Positions 1-8,474 of a stretch of DNA of 64,000 nt are shown piece after piece; the stretch's first letter is position 1, and each line of letters opens with the position of its first letter. The notes under the pieces are model-generated. The model did no database searches. It was not told the origin of the DNA and saw nothing but the letters and a program-made list of their open reading frames with translations. Source of the stretch: Actinomycetota bacterium. Its GTDB lineage: Bacteria > Actinomycetota > Humimicrobiia > Humimicrobiales > Humimicrobiaceae. The DNA is taken from NCBI GenBank assembly GCA_023487035.1, contig JAMDEN010000014.1:683-64682 (forward strand). The letters run 5' to 3'. The position numbers and the translations under genes are program-made.

Positions 1-61
1 ATTACATTTATAATTTAAGAAATAAATAAAAAAAAATCAAGTAAATAAATAATTTTAATAA

Positions 62-511
62 TTAAGGTTTGTTTCTCCATCTTCCTCTTCTATGTCTTCT
101 AAAAGAATCAGCAGAAATTTCTGTCAAGTCATCGCTACTGCAATTTGAACAAATTTCTGCATTATCTTTTTTATTTTCTAAATTTTGAAACTGTCCGCAT
201 CTATTGCACTGAAAAACTTTTCCTGAGAATTTAAATTCTCCTCCCTCTATTCTGATAGCTTTCCCTTCTACAATAGCACTGCTGATTTTGTTATGAGCAC
301 TTTCCAGTAAGCGGGTAAATGTTGGTCTTGAAATATTCATCATTTTTGAAGATTCATAATGATTAAGCTTTTCATAATCAGCAAGTCTTATGGCTTCATA
401 TTCATCTATATTTAAATTTATAATTTCTGTTTCCCTGAGAGATCTTCCTTGTGGTTTAAAAAAAACAACCTTAGGCGGAAGGGATACTTCTCTTATTTTT
501 TTTGGTTTCAT
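62..511 (-). CDS. DUF134 family HTH DNA-binding protein with C-terminal Zn-ribbon
   Basis: Motifs DEYEAIRLADYE and MNISRPTFTRLLESAHNKI...EGG typical of DUF134; C-terminal CNRC...CSNC. Confidence 0.85.
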   Translation of the reverse strand: MKPKKIREVSLPPKVVFFKPQGRSLRETEIINLNIDEYEAIRLADYEKLNHYESSKMMNISRPTFTRLLESAHNKISSAIVEGKAIRIEGGEFKFSGKVFQCNRCGQFQNLENKKDNAEICSNCSSDDLTEISADSFRRHRRGRWRNKP

Positions 512-837
512 TCCTGTTTTTTAGCTAAATCTGGATTTATTATTTCTACTGTGCCGCCTTTTAATTCAATTGCACAATTCTTATCTAATGCTTCTGCAAT
601 TTTTTTATGAGCTGAATTTAATATTCTCTGATATGTTCCTCTTGAAACATTCATGTGCTTTGCTGCTTCTATCTGACTCATTTCAAGTAAATCACTTAAC
701 CTTATCGCTTCATATTCATCTAATTCAATATGAATGATATTTAATTGCGTTAAAGGAATCCCTCTTGGTTTAAAATATCTGAAACCAGGATCATTATAAA
801 TGCATCTTTTTTTCTTTGGTCTTGCCATAAGATACAT
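508..837 (-). CDS. DUF134 family HTH DNA-binding protein (probable start MARPKK at 828)
   Basis: RPKKKR...FKPRGIP...DEYEAIRLSD...MNVSRGTYQRILNSAHKKIA; 4-nt overlap with the downstream paralog. Confidence 0.85.
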   Translation of the reverse strand: MYLMARPKKKRCIYNDPGFRYFKPRGIPLTQLNIIHIELDEYEAIRLSDLLEMSQIEAAKHMNVSRGTYQRILNSAHKKIAEALDKNCAIELKGGTVEIINPDLAKKQE

Positions 838-1075
838 CCAATATAAATAATTTAAAATTTTAACTAATTTTTTACTTATAAATTATTTTATAAAATTATA
901 TTAAAATTAACCAGCTAATCAATTAATAAATTTCCCCAAATCACTTTATAATTGAAATCTATTATTTATCAGTTAATTTACAACTTCTAATTTTTCTGTG
1001 AAATATTTGTTATAGAATTTAAAAAAAATTGTAATAAAATATAACTAACACAAACAATAATAAAATATTTTAAAT

Positions 1076-3109
1076 ATGAATAATTCGGCAAGAATAAAAT
1101 TATATCATATTCTTTTCACTACTTTTATAGTTATTGGCTTGATAATATCCTTATTTCTAAAAAATTCTTTTATTTTTATAAATTTTTTATGTTTAATGTT
1201 AATAGTTGCTTTATCCTTTTTTTTAGGAATTAAAGGTTCGTTGCCTGCATTATTTTTTAGCATTATTTGTGTTATTTGTTATAATTACATTAATAATTTC
1301 AATTTAAATACACCCATTAACATCATAGTTATTGTTAATTACTCCATAATAAGTATTTCCTTTGGAATAGCCAGGGATATTTATTTAAAGCAAAGAAATA
1401 ATATTTTAAAATATGCAGCAAATTTAAATAATGCAAAGGAATCACTTGACAGCAAAAATGAACTGCTGGAAAAAATACTATCAAACATTCCTGCAATTTT
1501 TTACATTAGAGATACTAATTTAAAGTTTACAAAAGTAAATAACGCATTTGAGAATTTAGTAAATAAGAAGGCATCAGACATTATTGGAAAAACTGATTTT
1601 GATCTTTATCCTGAAGTTAACGCAAAGAAAATGGCACAAGATGATGTTGAAGTATTAAATTCAGATAAACCAAAATTAAACATCGAAGAAAATATTCTTA
1701 TGCCTGATGGAAGAAATATATGGCTAATTGCAAATAAAATGCCTCTTCATGATAAAGATGGCAAAGTTATTGGAATAATGGGAATTTCTCATGACATTAC
1801 AGAATTAAAAAAGATGAGTGTACAGGTAGAAACTATCCTTGACAGTTTTCCATATAAAGCATGGTTAAAAGATAAAGAAGGCCATTTTCTTGCTGTAAAT
1901 GAACTTTTAGCAAAATCTGTTTTTAAAAGCAAGAAGGAAATGATTGGAAAAACTGATTTTGATATTTATCCGGAAGAGCACGCAAAGAGATTTCGCGAAG
2001 ATGATTTGGCAATAATGAATTCAAGAGAAGCAAAATCTTTTGAAGAAATGTCTTATGATAATAATACAACAAAACTTCATGAAACATATAAGGCTCCTGT
2101 TATAAATGAAGCAGGTGAAGTAATAGGTACTACAGGTTATGCCAGAGATATCAGTGAAATACAGAAATGTCTTTTTGAATCAAGAGAATTAAATAATTTT
2201 TTTAACTCTGTTATAGATAACATTCCGATTATGCTTTTTTTAAAAGAAGCAAAAGATTTAAGATTTAGAATGATAAATAAAGCTACAGAAGAACTGTTAG
2301 GTTTATCAAGAGAAGATTTGATCGGGAAAACAGATTATGATGTTTTCCCCAAATATCAGGCGGATTTTTTTGTAAAAAAAGACAGGGAAGTTTTAAATAA
2401 TGGCACTCAACTTCTAATAGAAGAAGAAAAAATTACTTCTAAAAATAAAAAAATGATACTTAGTACAAAAAAAATACCTATTTTAGATGAAAATGGCAAA
2501 CCTGCATATCTTCTTGGAATTTCAGAAGATATAACAAACAAAAAGCAAATGGAAAAAATGATAAAAAAATTAGCTTATTACGATTTTGTTACAAATCTGC
2601 CAAATAGAAATCTCTTTAAAGACCGATTTAAAATTGCAGTTGAGCAGGCAAAAAGAAATAATAAAAAGATAATGATTACAATGATTGATTTTGATAAATT
2701 TAAAGAAATAAACGATAAATATGGTCATAATATTGGAGATAAATTATTAAAAAGTTTTGCAAACAGAATAAAAAGAATTGTTAGAAAAACAGATACTTTC
2801 GCAAGATTTGGCGGAGATGAATTTGCTATGATTTTAAGTGATTTTTATAATATTGAAGATATGGAAAAATTTGCTAAAAAAATAATTGATTCTTTTAAAG
2901 AGCCTTTTAAAATCAGTGAGCTAAAATTAAACATTAAAGGCAGCATGGGTATTTCTATTTATCCTGATGACGGCTTAAAACAATCAGATCTTGTTAAATT
3001 TGCTGATATTGCAATGTATGATTCAAAAAATAATGGAGGAAATAAATATCAATTTTATTTCAGATTAAAAGAAAATAAAAAGAATGTTAATAGTGTGCAA
3101 CTTAATTAA
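1076..3109 (+). CDS. Membrane-anchored diguanylate cyclase (N-terminal TM helices, 3 PAS domains, GGDEF)
   Basis: Hydrophobic N-terminus; three PAS repeats (GKTDFDLYP, GKTDFDIYP, GKTDYDVFP); YYDFVTNLPNR; RKTD I-site 5 aa before ARFGGDEF. Confidence 0.92.
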   Translation: MNNSARIKLYHILFTTFIVIGLIISLFLKNSFIFINFLCLMLIVALSFFLGIKGSLPALFFSIICVICYNYINNFNLNTPINIIVIVNYSIISISFGIARDIYLKQRNNILKYAANLNNAKESLDSKNELLEKILSNIPAIFYIRDTNLKFTKVNNAFENLVNKKASDIIGKTDFDLYPEVNAKKMAQDDVEVLNSDKPKLNIEENILMPDGRNIWLIANKMPLHDKDGKVIGIMGISHDITELKKMSVQVETILDSFPYKAWLKDKEGHFLAVNELLAKSVFKSKKEMIGKTDFDIYPEEHAKRFREDDLAIMNSREAKSFEEMSYDNNTTKLHETYKAPVINEAGEVIGTTGYARDISEIQKCLFESRELNNFFNSVIDNIPIMLFLKEAKDLRFRMINKATEELLGLSREDLIGKTDYDVFPKYQADFFVKKDREVLNNGTQLLIEEEKITSKNKKMILSTKKIPILDENGKPAYLLGISEDITNKKQMEKMIKKLAYYDFVTNLPNRNLFKDRFKIAVEQAKRNNKKIMITMIDFDKFKEINDKYGHNIGDKLLKSFANRIKRIVRKTDTFARFGGDEFAMILSDFYNIEDMEKFAKKIIDSFKEPFKISELKLNIKGSMGISIYPDDGLKQSDLVKFADIAMYDSKNNGGNKYQFYFRLKENKKNVNSVQLN

Positions 3110-3152
3110 AAAGACTTAATTAAAAAATTTAAGCATTTTAGCTTTGCATTAC

Positions 3153-3193
3153 GCATTATAATTAGTGCATTATATTAGTGCATTATAATTAAG
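3153..3193. repeat. Three imperfect tandem copies of GCATTATA(A)TTA(GT/AG)
   Basis: gcattataattagt / gcattatattagt / gcattataattaag read directly in the convergent intergenic gap. Confidence 0.7.
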
Positions 3194-3390
3194 GCTATTG
3201 CATCAGAATTAAGAAATTTTATAAATTATCTGGAAGATTATCCTGGAAATTTATTTATATTGTTACTCTATTTATAATACTTTATATTAACAATTTTACC
3301 CTTTATTTTACCCTCAAATTTGTCATAGACTAATTAATTAATAATTTTTTAATCATAATTTTTTAATCATACTTAATTTTATATATTGCT

Positions 3391-6300
3391 TTAATTTTTC
3401 TTTGCATCATTTTTACCCTGCAGATAATCAATCATAGGCTTTGAAATTAATGGAATTACATCTTTAAGCATATGAGGCATTAAGTTATCCATTACTTTTG
3501 GCATAATCTGCGGCATCTGTTCGTTCATATAATCAGGCATTGGAATTTTATCTGCCACTCTTTGCAGCATTGTATCCATTACTTTTGGCATCATTTTTGG
3601 AAGAAGTATTGGAAATAAAACTGGAAATAACGGCTTCATTGCTTGAAGTACGCCAGGTATTTTACCGAAAAACCTCATCATTGAGCCCATTTTAAATGGC
3701 ATAGCATTTATTAGCTCAGGCCACATTGACTTCATTATATCAGCAAAACCAGCAGGGCTCATAAGAGCAATCATAGCTTCAAAAACAGCCCATTGTTTTT
3801 TAACTTCCGGATCAGGTTCAGGGAAATCATAACCAATTGCAGATGCTGTAAAATGAGCAAGATCATCAATTTCAAGTGGTATCTGTTTTTTATTTTTTGT
3901 TACTCTGAATTGAAATTCACAACATGGACATAATGATAATACTTTCTTTGCTCCAGCTTCAACAGCTTCATCAAGTCTGACTTTGCCAACTTCTGCTGCT
4001 ACGGTGGGTTCTTTAATTAAGGTTAAAACACTTCCACAGCAATGAGCCTCCTCCTTATTATAATCCATCTCAACTAATGTTACATTGGGAATAGCCTTAA
4101 TAACTTCACGCGGAGCATCGTAAATTCCCATAGCTCTGCCCATATGACAGGAGTCATGCCATGTTACAGTTACAGGTTCCATATTATTTGGAGGAAAAGT
4201 AAATTCCTTATTTTTTATCTTTTCTGCAAGTATTTCAGAATAATGCTTTACCTTTATATCATACTTTATTCCAAGCTTCTTGGCCCATTGAGGATAAACC
4301 TGTCGCCACATCATGTCACATGAAGGACATGAGGCAACAATTGTATTGCCGCCAATATTATTTATAGCATTTATATTTCTCTTCATATTTTCTGCAAATA
4401 CATCCCATTTACCTGCTACAAGCATGGGCACACCACAACAGCTTTCCGTTATTCCCATATAATTAAAGTCAACACCAGCTTCATCCAGCAATCTCACTGT
4501 TGCCATTCCTATGTCATTTTCGACATAACTTGCAGTACAACCAGCAAAATAAACAATATCTGTTTTTTTATCTGGATTATAATGTTTAGCTTTTAAATCT
4601 TGTGGAAACCATGCATCTCTGTCTTTTCGATAACCTGCCCATATATCTCCTTCTTTCTGGAGAGCTGCAGACATCATTTCAAATGGTGGTATAGTCATTT
4701 TATTTTCTTCATTTATTAAAAGCCCCCTTAGTTTCATCCATGAAGGTTCTATCGGAAGATTTACAGAACATTTTGTATTACACATCTCACAAGTTGTACA
4801 TGCTAAAAAAGAATCCACCATATGCTGATTCCATTTTTCACGCCCTTCCATATATTCTCTTAGCCAATACCACCTGCCTCTCGGACTTTGACTTTCCCAA
4901 CCGCGTCCATAATATTGATCGCATTCAGGGACGCAATAACCGCATTGTGAGCATGTATAAGCATACCATGCAACATCAGCGGGAATATCCTTCACCGGTT
5001 TAGCTGGACGTTCCCCAATTTTTGTTGCTACGCTATTCCCGATTGGCCTAATTATTGGCTCTATAAACTCAGCAAAACCCATAATAATATCAATTTTTTT
5101 ATTACCAAAAATCTTTTTAGGATTCATGATATTATAAGGATCTTTATCTGATTTAAACTTTTTTAATTCGGCTAATCTCTCGCTACCTAAAACACTTCGT
5201 GCTTTTTTAGCAAAATACACTCCTGCTGCATAAGCACGTCCTCCATGTTTTTGCGCAATTTTTAATATTGTTAAAGTCAGAGCAAAAACTAAATTATAAC
5301 TGAACTTACGCTGATCACTGGGTATAAATCCTAAAATAACTACTTCTGGTTTACCTTCCCTTCCCTTTTTAATCACAAGCCCTTCTTTTACAACTGGCTG
5401 ACGAACTTTTTTATTTATTTCTGTTAAAACATCATCAAGTGCTGATAAAGGTATGCTAAATTCTGCAGGAACTAAGCTGGGACTTAATCTTTTTACTAAC
5501 ATAACTTTAAATCTGTTTTCCCATTCATGCTGTGCTATTTCGCTGTTAAGTATTTCACCCTGATTTGAATTAACTAAAGCAGATAAATTTTTACTGATTT
5601 CATTACTGTCTTTTTTTCTATAAGCTAAGGTTGCAATATAGGCTTCGGGCAAAATTATTTGCTTTTCTATTATATGGCCTTCATGAGTTCTAAGTGGTGA
5701 TTTATTCTTTAAACTTGCCATTTGCGGATTAATAAAAAGAATTGACCAGATAGGTAAATTTTTATCTGTAACAGTTTGTAAAAATTTTTGAAGGTCATTT
5801 AATTTCTTAAAACTTACAGCAGTAATATCAAGTTCATCATAAGGCATAACTTTAATTGTAATTTCACTTATCAAGCCTGTAGTTCCTTCAGCATCAGATA
5901 TTAAATCCAGTTCAGAGCCTTTAAAATCTTTTATTGTGCCGTCAGGTAGCACCACACGGGCACTTACCACATTATCACGAAATGTACCAGCTTCAAAGGA
6001 ACCTATGCCTGCACCACCCTGTGCAAGCCAGCCGCCAACTGTAGAACCAGGATAACTTGTTGGATATAATTTTAACGTTAACCCTTTTTTGTTAAGTTCC
6101 CTATCCAGTTTTTCCCAAATTATGCCTGGCTGAACTGTTACTGTATTATCTGAAGAATTGATTTTAATAATTTTTTTCATCCTGTAAAAATCAACAACTA
6201 TTCCCTTTTTTAAGGGCAAAACACCTCCATAACCTGAAGTTGCATTACCACGCGGCGTAAGTGCTATATTATGATTTACTGCAAAATTTACTAATTTTAC

Positions 6301-6477
6301 AAGTTCTTCTTCTGATTGGGGTTGTACTACTGCATCTGCTAATGTGCCACCAATAAGTGGCTTTATGATTGCCGGCATTGCAGCAATATCATGGCTATAT
6401 AATTTTCTTTCAATTCTATTAAAAGAAATCCTGCCGCCAAATATATCTATTAGTTCCTTTTGTAAATTAATTTTCAT
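3391..6477 (-). CDS. FAD-binding and Fe-S oxidoreductase (GlcD-like FAD domain, 2x[4Fe-4S], two CCG domains, Met-rich C-terminal domain)
   Basis: TPRGNATSGYGG; STVGGWLAQGGAG; CSQCGYCVPEC and CTTCEMCNTKC ferredoxin motifs; ESCCG, SCPSC, HDSCH, HCCGS, LCPCC. Confidence 0.85.
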   Translation of the reverse strand: MKINLQKELIDIFGGRISFNRIERKLYSHDIAAMPAIIKPLIGGTLADAVVQPQSEEELVKLVNFAVNHNIALTPRGNATSGYGGVLPLKKGIVVDFYRMKKIIKINSSDNTVTVQPGIIWEKLDRELNKKGLTLKLYPTSYPGSTVGGWLAQGGAGIGSFEAGTFRDNVVSARVVLPDGTIKDFKGSELDLISDAEGTTGLISEITIKVMPYDELDITAVSFKKLNDLQKFLQTVTDKNLPIWSILFINPQMASLKNKSPLRTHEGHIIEKQIILPEAYIATLAYRKKDSNEISKNLSALVNSNQGEILNSEIAQHEWENRFKVMLVKRLSPSLVPAEFSIPLSALDDVLTEINKKVRQPVVKEGLVIKKGREGKPEVVILGFIPSDQRKFSYNLVFALTLTILKIAQKHGGRAYAAGVYFAKKARSVLGSERLAELKKFKSDKDPYNIMNPKKIFGNKKIDIIMGFAEFIEPIIRPIGNSVATKIGERPAKPVKDIPADVAWYAYTCSQCGYCVPECDQYYGRGWESQSPRGRWYWLREYMEGREKWNQHMVDSFLACTTCEMCNTKCSVNLPIEPSWMKLRGLLINEENKMTIPPFEMMSAALQKEGDIWAGYRKDRDAWFPQDLKAKHYNPDKKTDIVYFAGCTASYVENDIGMATVRLLDEAGVDFNYMGITESCCGVPMLVAGKWDVFAENMKRNINAINNIGGNTIVASCPSCDMMWRQVYPQWAKKLGIKYDIKVKHYSEILAEKIKNKEFTFPPNNMEPVTVTWHDSCHMGRAMGIYDAPREVIKAIPNVTLVEMDYNKEEAHCCGSVLTLIKEPTVAAEVGKVRLDEAVEAGAKKVLSLCPCCEFQFRVTKNKKQIPLEIDDLAHFTASAIGYDFPEPDPEVKKQWAVFEAMIALMSPAGFADIMKSMWPELINAMPFKMGSMMRFFGKIPGVLQAMKPLFPVLFPILLPKMMPKVMDTMLQRVADKIPMPDYMNEQMPQIMPKVMDNLMPHMLKDVIPLISKPMIDYLQGKNDAKKN

Positions 6478-6675
6478 TAGATAATCTCCTAAGTATTTCC
6501 ATATTATAAATTTTCGTATTATAAATTATAAATTTATTATTATTTTATTAATCTTTGATTATAACTTTCTAAACTTTTTAAATATTATAGCTATAAAATA
6601 TATTATTTTAATTTATTAAAACTTTTACTTTAAGACTTGTTCTTTATAGCCTCTCTCCTGGCAATTCTTAATAAG

Positions 6676-7044
6676 CTACTTATTTTCTTCGATTGCATCA
6701 TTTATAACTTTATGTTTATCCTGAAATGTTTTTTGAAGCACTTCACTTATAAGATCATAAGCCTGAATAATCTTAGGATTTGAAATTGAATAATAAATAT
6801 TATTCCCATCTCTTCTGGAATTAACTATCCCCCTGTTTCTTAAAATAGCCAGATGCTGGGAAATAGTAGCTTGAGTAATACCTGTTTCGTTAACAAGCTC
6901 AGTAACAGTTAGTTCTCTGCTTCTTAAAGTATCTATTATCGCCTGCCTGACTGGATTTCCGATTGTTTTACAAATATCAGAATGCAGGTTATAAAAATTT
7001 TTCTTTATCATATTTTTGTAATTTTTTTTATCGTATTTTTGCAA
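6676..7044 (-). CDS. ArsR/SmtB family transcriptional regulator (probable start ATG 7011)
   Basis: KTIGNPVRQAII...ELTVTEL...ISQHLAILRNRGIV...RDGNNIYY. Confidence 0.9.
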   Translation of the reverse strand: MQKYDKKNYKNMIKKNFYNLHSDICKTIGNPVRQAIIDTLRSRELTVTELVNETGITQATISQHLAILRNRGIVNSRRDGNNIYYSISNPKIIQAYDLISEVLQKTFQDKHKVINDAIEENK

Positions 7045-7172
7045 TAAATTTATATTAATATTAGCAAATAAAAAATTACAATATATAAATATTATAATAT
7101 TTAAAATGTAATATATTTTTTAATATTTATCAAGATTTATTAAGAAAAAAATAAAACTCTTTCTTTAAAATG

Positions 7173-7583
7173 TTAAAAATCATTAACAGTCAGAAATTCA
7201 CCTGGGGAAATTATTTGAATATCATTATACTCTTTTAAATTTAATAAGTGCTTATCTCCAGAAATAATATAACTTGCTTTACCGGCAACAGCACATTCAA
7301 TAAATTTTAAATCATCAGAATCATCAATTTCCAAATCTATCTTTTGAACCATATTAAAATACAAAATGTTTTCTTTTCTTTCAAAAATTTTAATAAATTC
7401 ATATAGTTCAGGTTCACCAGCTAAGCCAAGCCGCATTAAAACTTCTAAATATTCTTCTATTATTTCTTTTGTTAAGCAAACAACTAATTTACTTGTTTTC
7501 CATAAATCAATAATTTTCCTCGGGTTGATTGATTGCTTAAAAAAAGAAGATATAAATACATTTGTATCTATAACTACTTTCAT
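7173..7583 (-). CDS. PIN-domain toxin (VapC-like, TIGR00305 type)
   Basis: MKVVIDTNVFIS...DSDDLKFIECA...YIISGDKHLL. Confidence 0.9.
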   Translation of the reverse strand: MKVVIDTNVFISSFFKQSINPRKIIDLWKTSKLVVCLTKEIIEEYLEVLMRLGLAGEPELYEFIKIFERKENILYFNMVQKIDLEIDDSDDLKFIECAVAGKASYIISGDKHLLNLKEYNDIQIISPGEFLTVNDF

Positions 7584-7822
7584 TTTTTTCGCACTTCTTC
7601 TATGGCTTTATCAATATCTTTTTCTGAAAACCCTTTGTTTTCAATTTTTTCTGAAATTCTTGACCATAAATCATCAATAATTTTAGAAAAATCATTTTCT
7701 GCTACAAAATCAGCCATTAACTCCCTTACTTTGTCGCTGGTTGTTTTCCCTTCCATTCTTGCTAATTTTGTAAAATCATTTTTTAGATTTTTATCAACTC
7801 TTATTATTATTTTTTCATCCAT
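7580..7822 (-). CDS. Ribbon-helix-helix (CopG-like) antitoxin
   Basis: IIIRVDKNLKNDF...EGKTTSDKVRELM RHH pattern; 4-nt overlap upstream of the PIN gene. Confidence 0.8.
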   Translation of the reverse strand: MDEKIIIRVDKNLKNDFTKLARMEGKTTSDKVRELMADFVAENDFSKIIDDLWSRISEKIENKGFSEKDIDKAIEEVRKK

Positions 7823-7934
7823 ATTGTGCCTCTTTATCGTATCATTTGTATATTACGTATATACTAATTATACAACTTATGCTCAAAAATTAAATATAAG
7901 AAAATATAAGAAATATAAAATTGTTTAAAAAATA

Positions 7935-8153
7935 TTAAAGGCTTCTTTGCAGTGTCTTAAAATCCATATATTTATTAATCGTATCTATCTGAAATTTAAT
8001 TCTAATTTTTTCATCTTTACAAAAAATTAAATCTCCATAATAAATTACAGAATATTTTAATAAAATAGATGCAGAACTTAAAATTACTAAATCAATTTTA
8101 CTGGTTTTTAAATATGACATTAAATTAGACAATATTTCAGCCTGATAACCATA
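7935..8153 (-). pseudogene. C-terminal remnant of an MNT (MntA-like minimal nucleotidyltransferase) antitoxin
   Basis: YGYQAEILSNLMSYLKTSKIDLVILSSASILLKYSVIYYGDLIF resembles the MNT C-terminal half; in-frame TAA at 8156-8154; no GS..DxD N-terminus and no HEPN partner. Confidence 0.65.
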
Positions 8154-8474
8154 TTAAGCTAAAGCAGGCTAAAATGAGAACCTTAAAAAAAGAAAAGTAA
8201 GCTAAATAAGAAAAACTTTTATGATTTATGATATTGTTAATGAAAATAAAATGATAAAAAAGTAATAAGATAAAAATATGAAAAATTTATTACATAATTT
8301 AAAAATTCTTTTATAATAAAATACAAGCATTTTTACAACAAATGTAATTTTTTAAAGAATGAAATTAAAGGGCTTGTTTTAAAGCTATATAATGATTTAA
8401 TAGAACTTTTTTAATTAAAATAATAAGTAATTATTTTTCATTAATATTGTTGATAGTAGATTGAAAGGAAATTC

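Noticed and set aside
3153..3193. Possible mini-CRISPR or iteron array
   Set aside because: Units are 13-14 nt and directly adjacent, with no spacers and no cas or rep genes.
7086..7103. Palindrome TAAATATTATAATATTTA upstream of arsR as an operator
   Set aside because: Well placed but entirely A/T, so too likely by chance in this background to call.
7366..7928. Two plus-strand ORFs (104 and 131 aa)
   Set aside because: Antisense to the well-supported PIN/RHH pair, with the F/S/L-rich composition typical of shadows.
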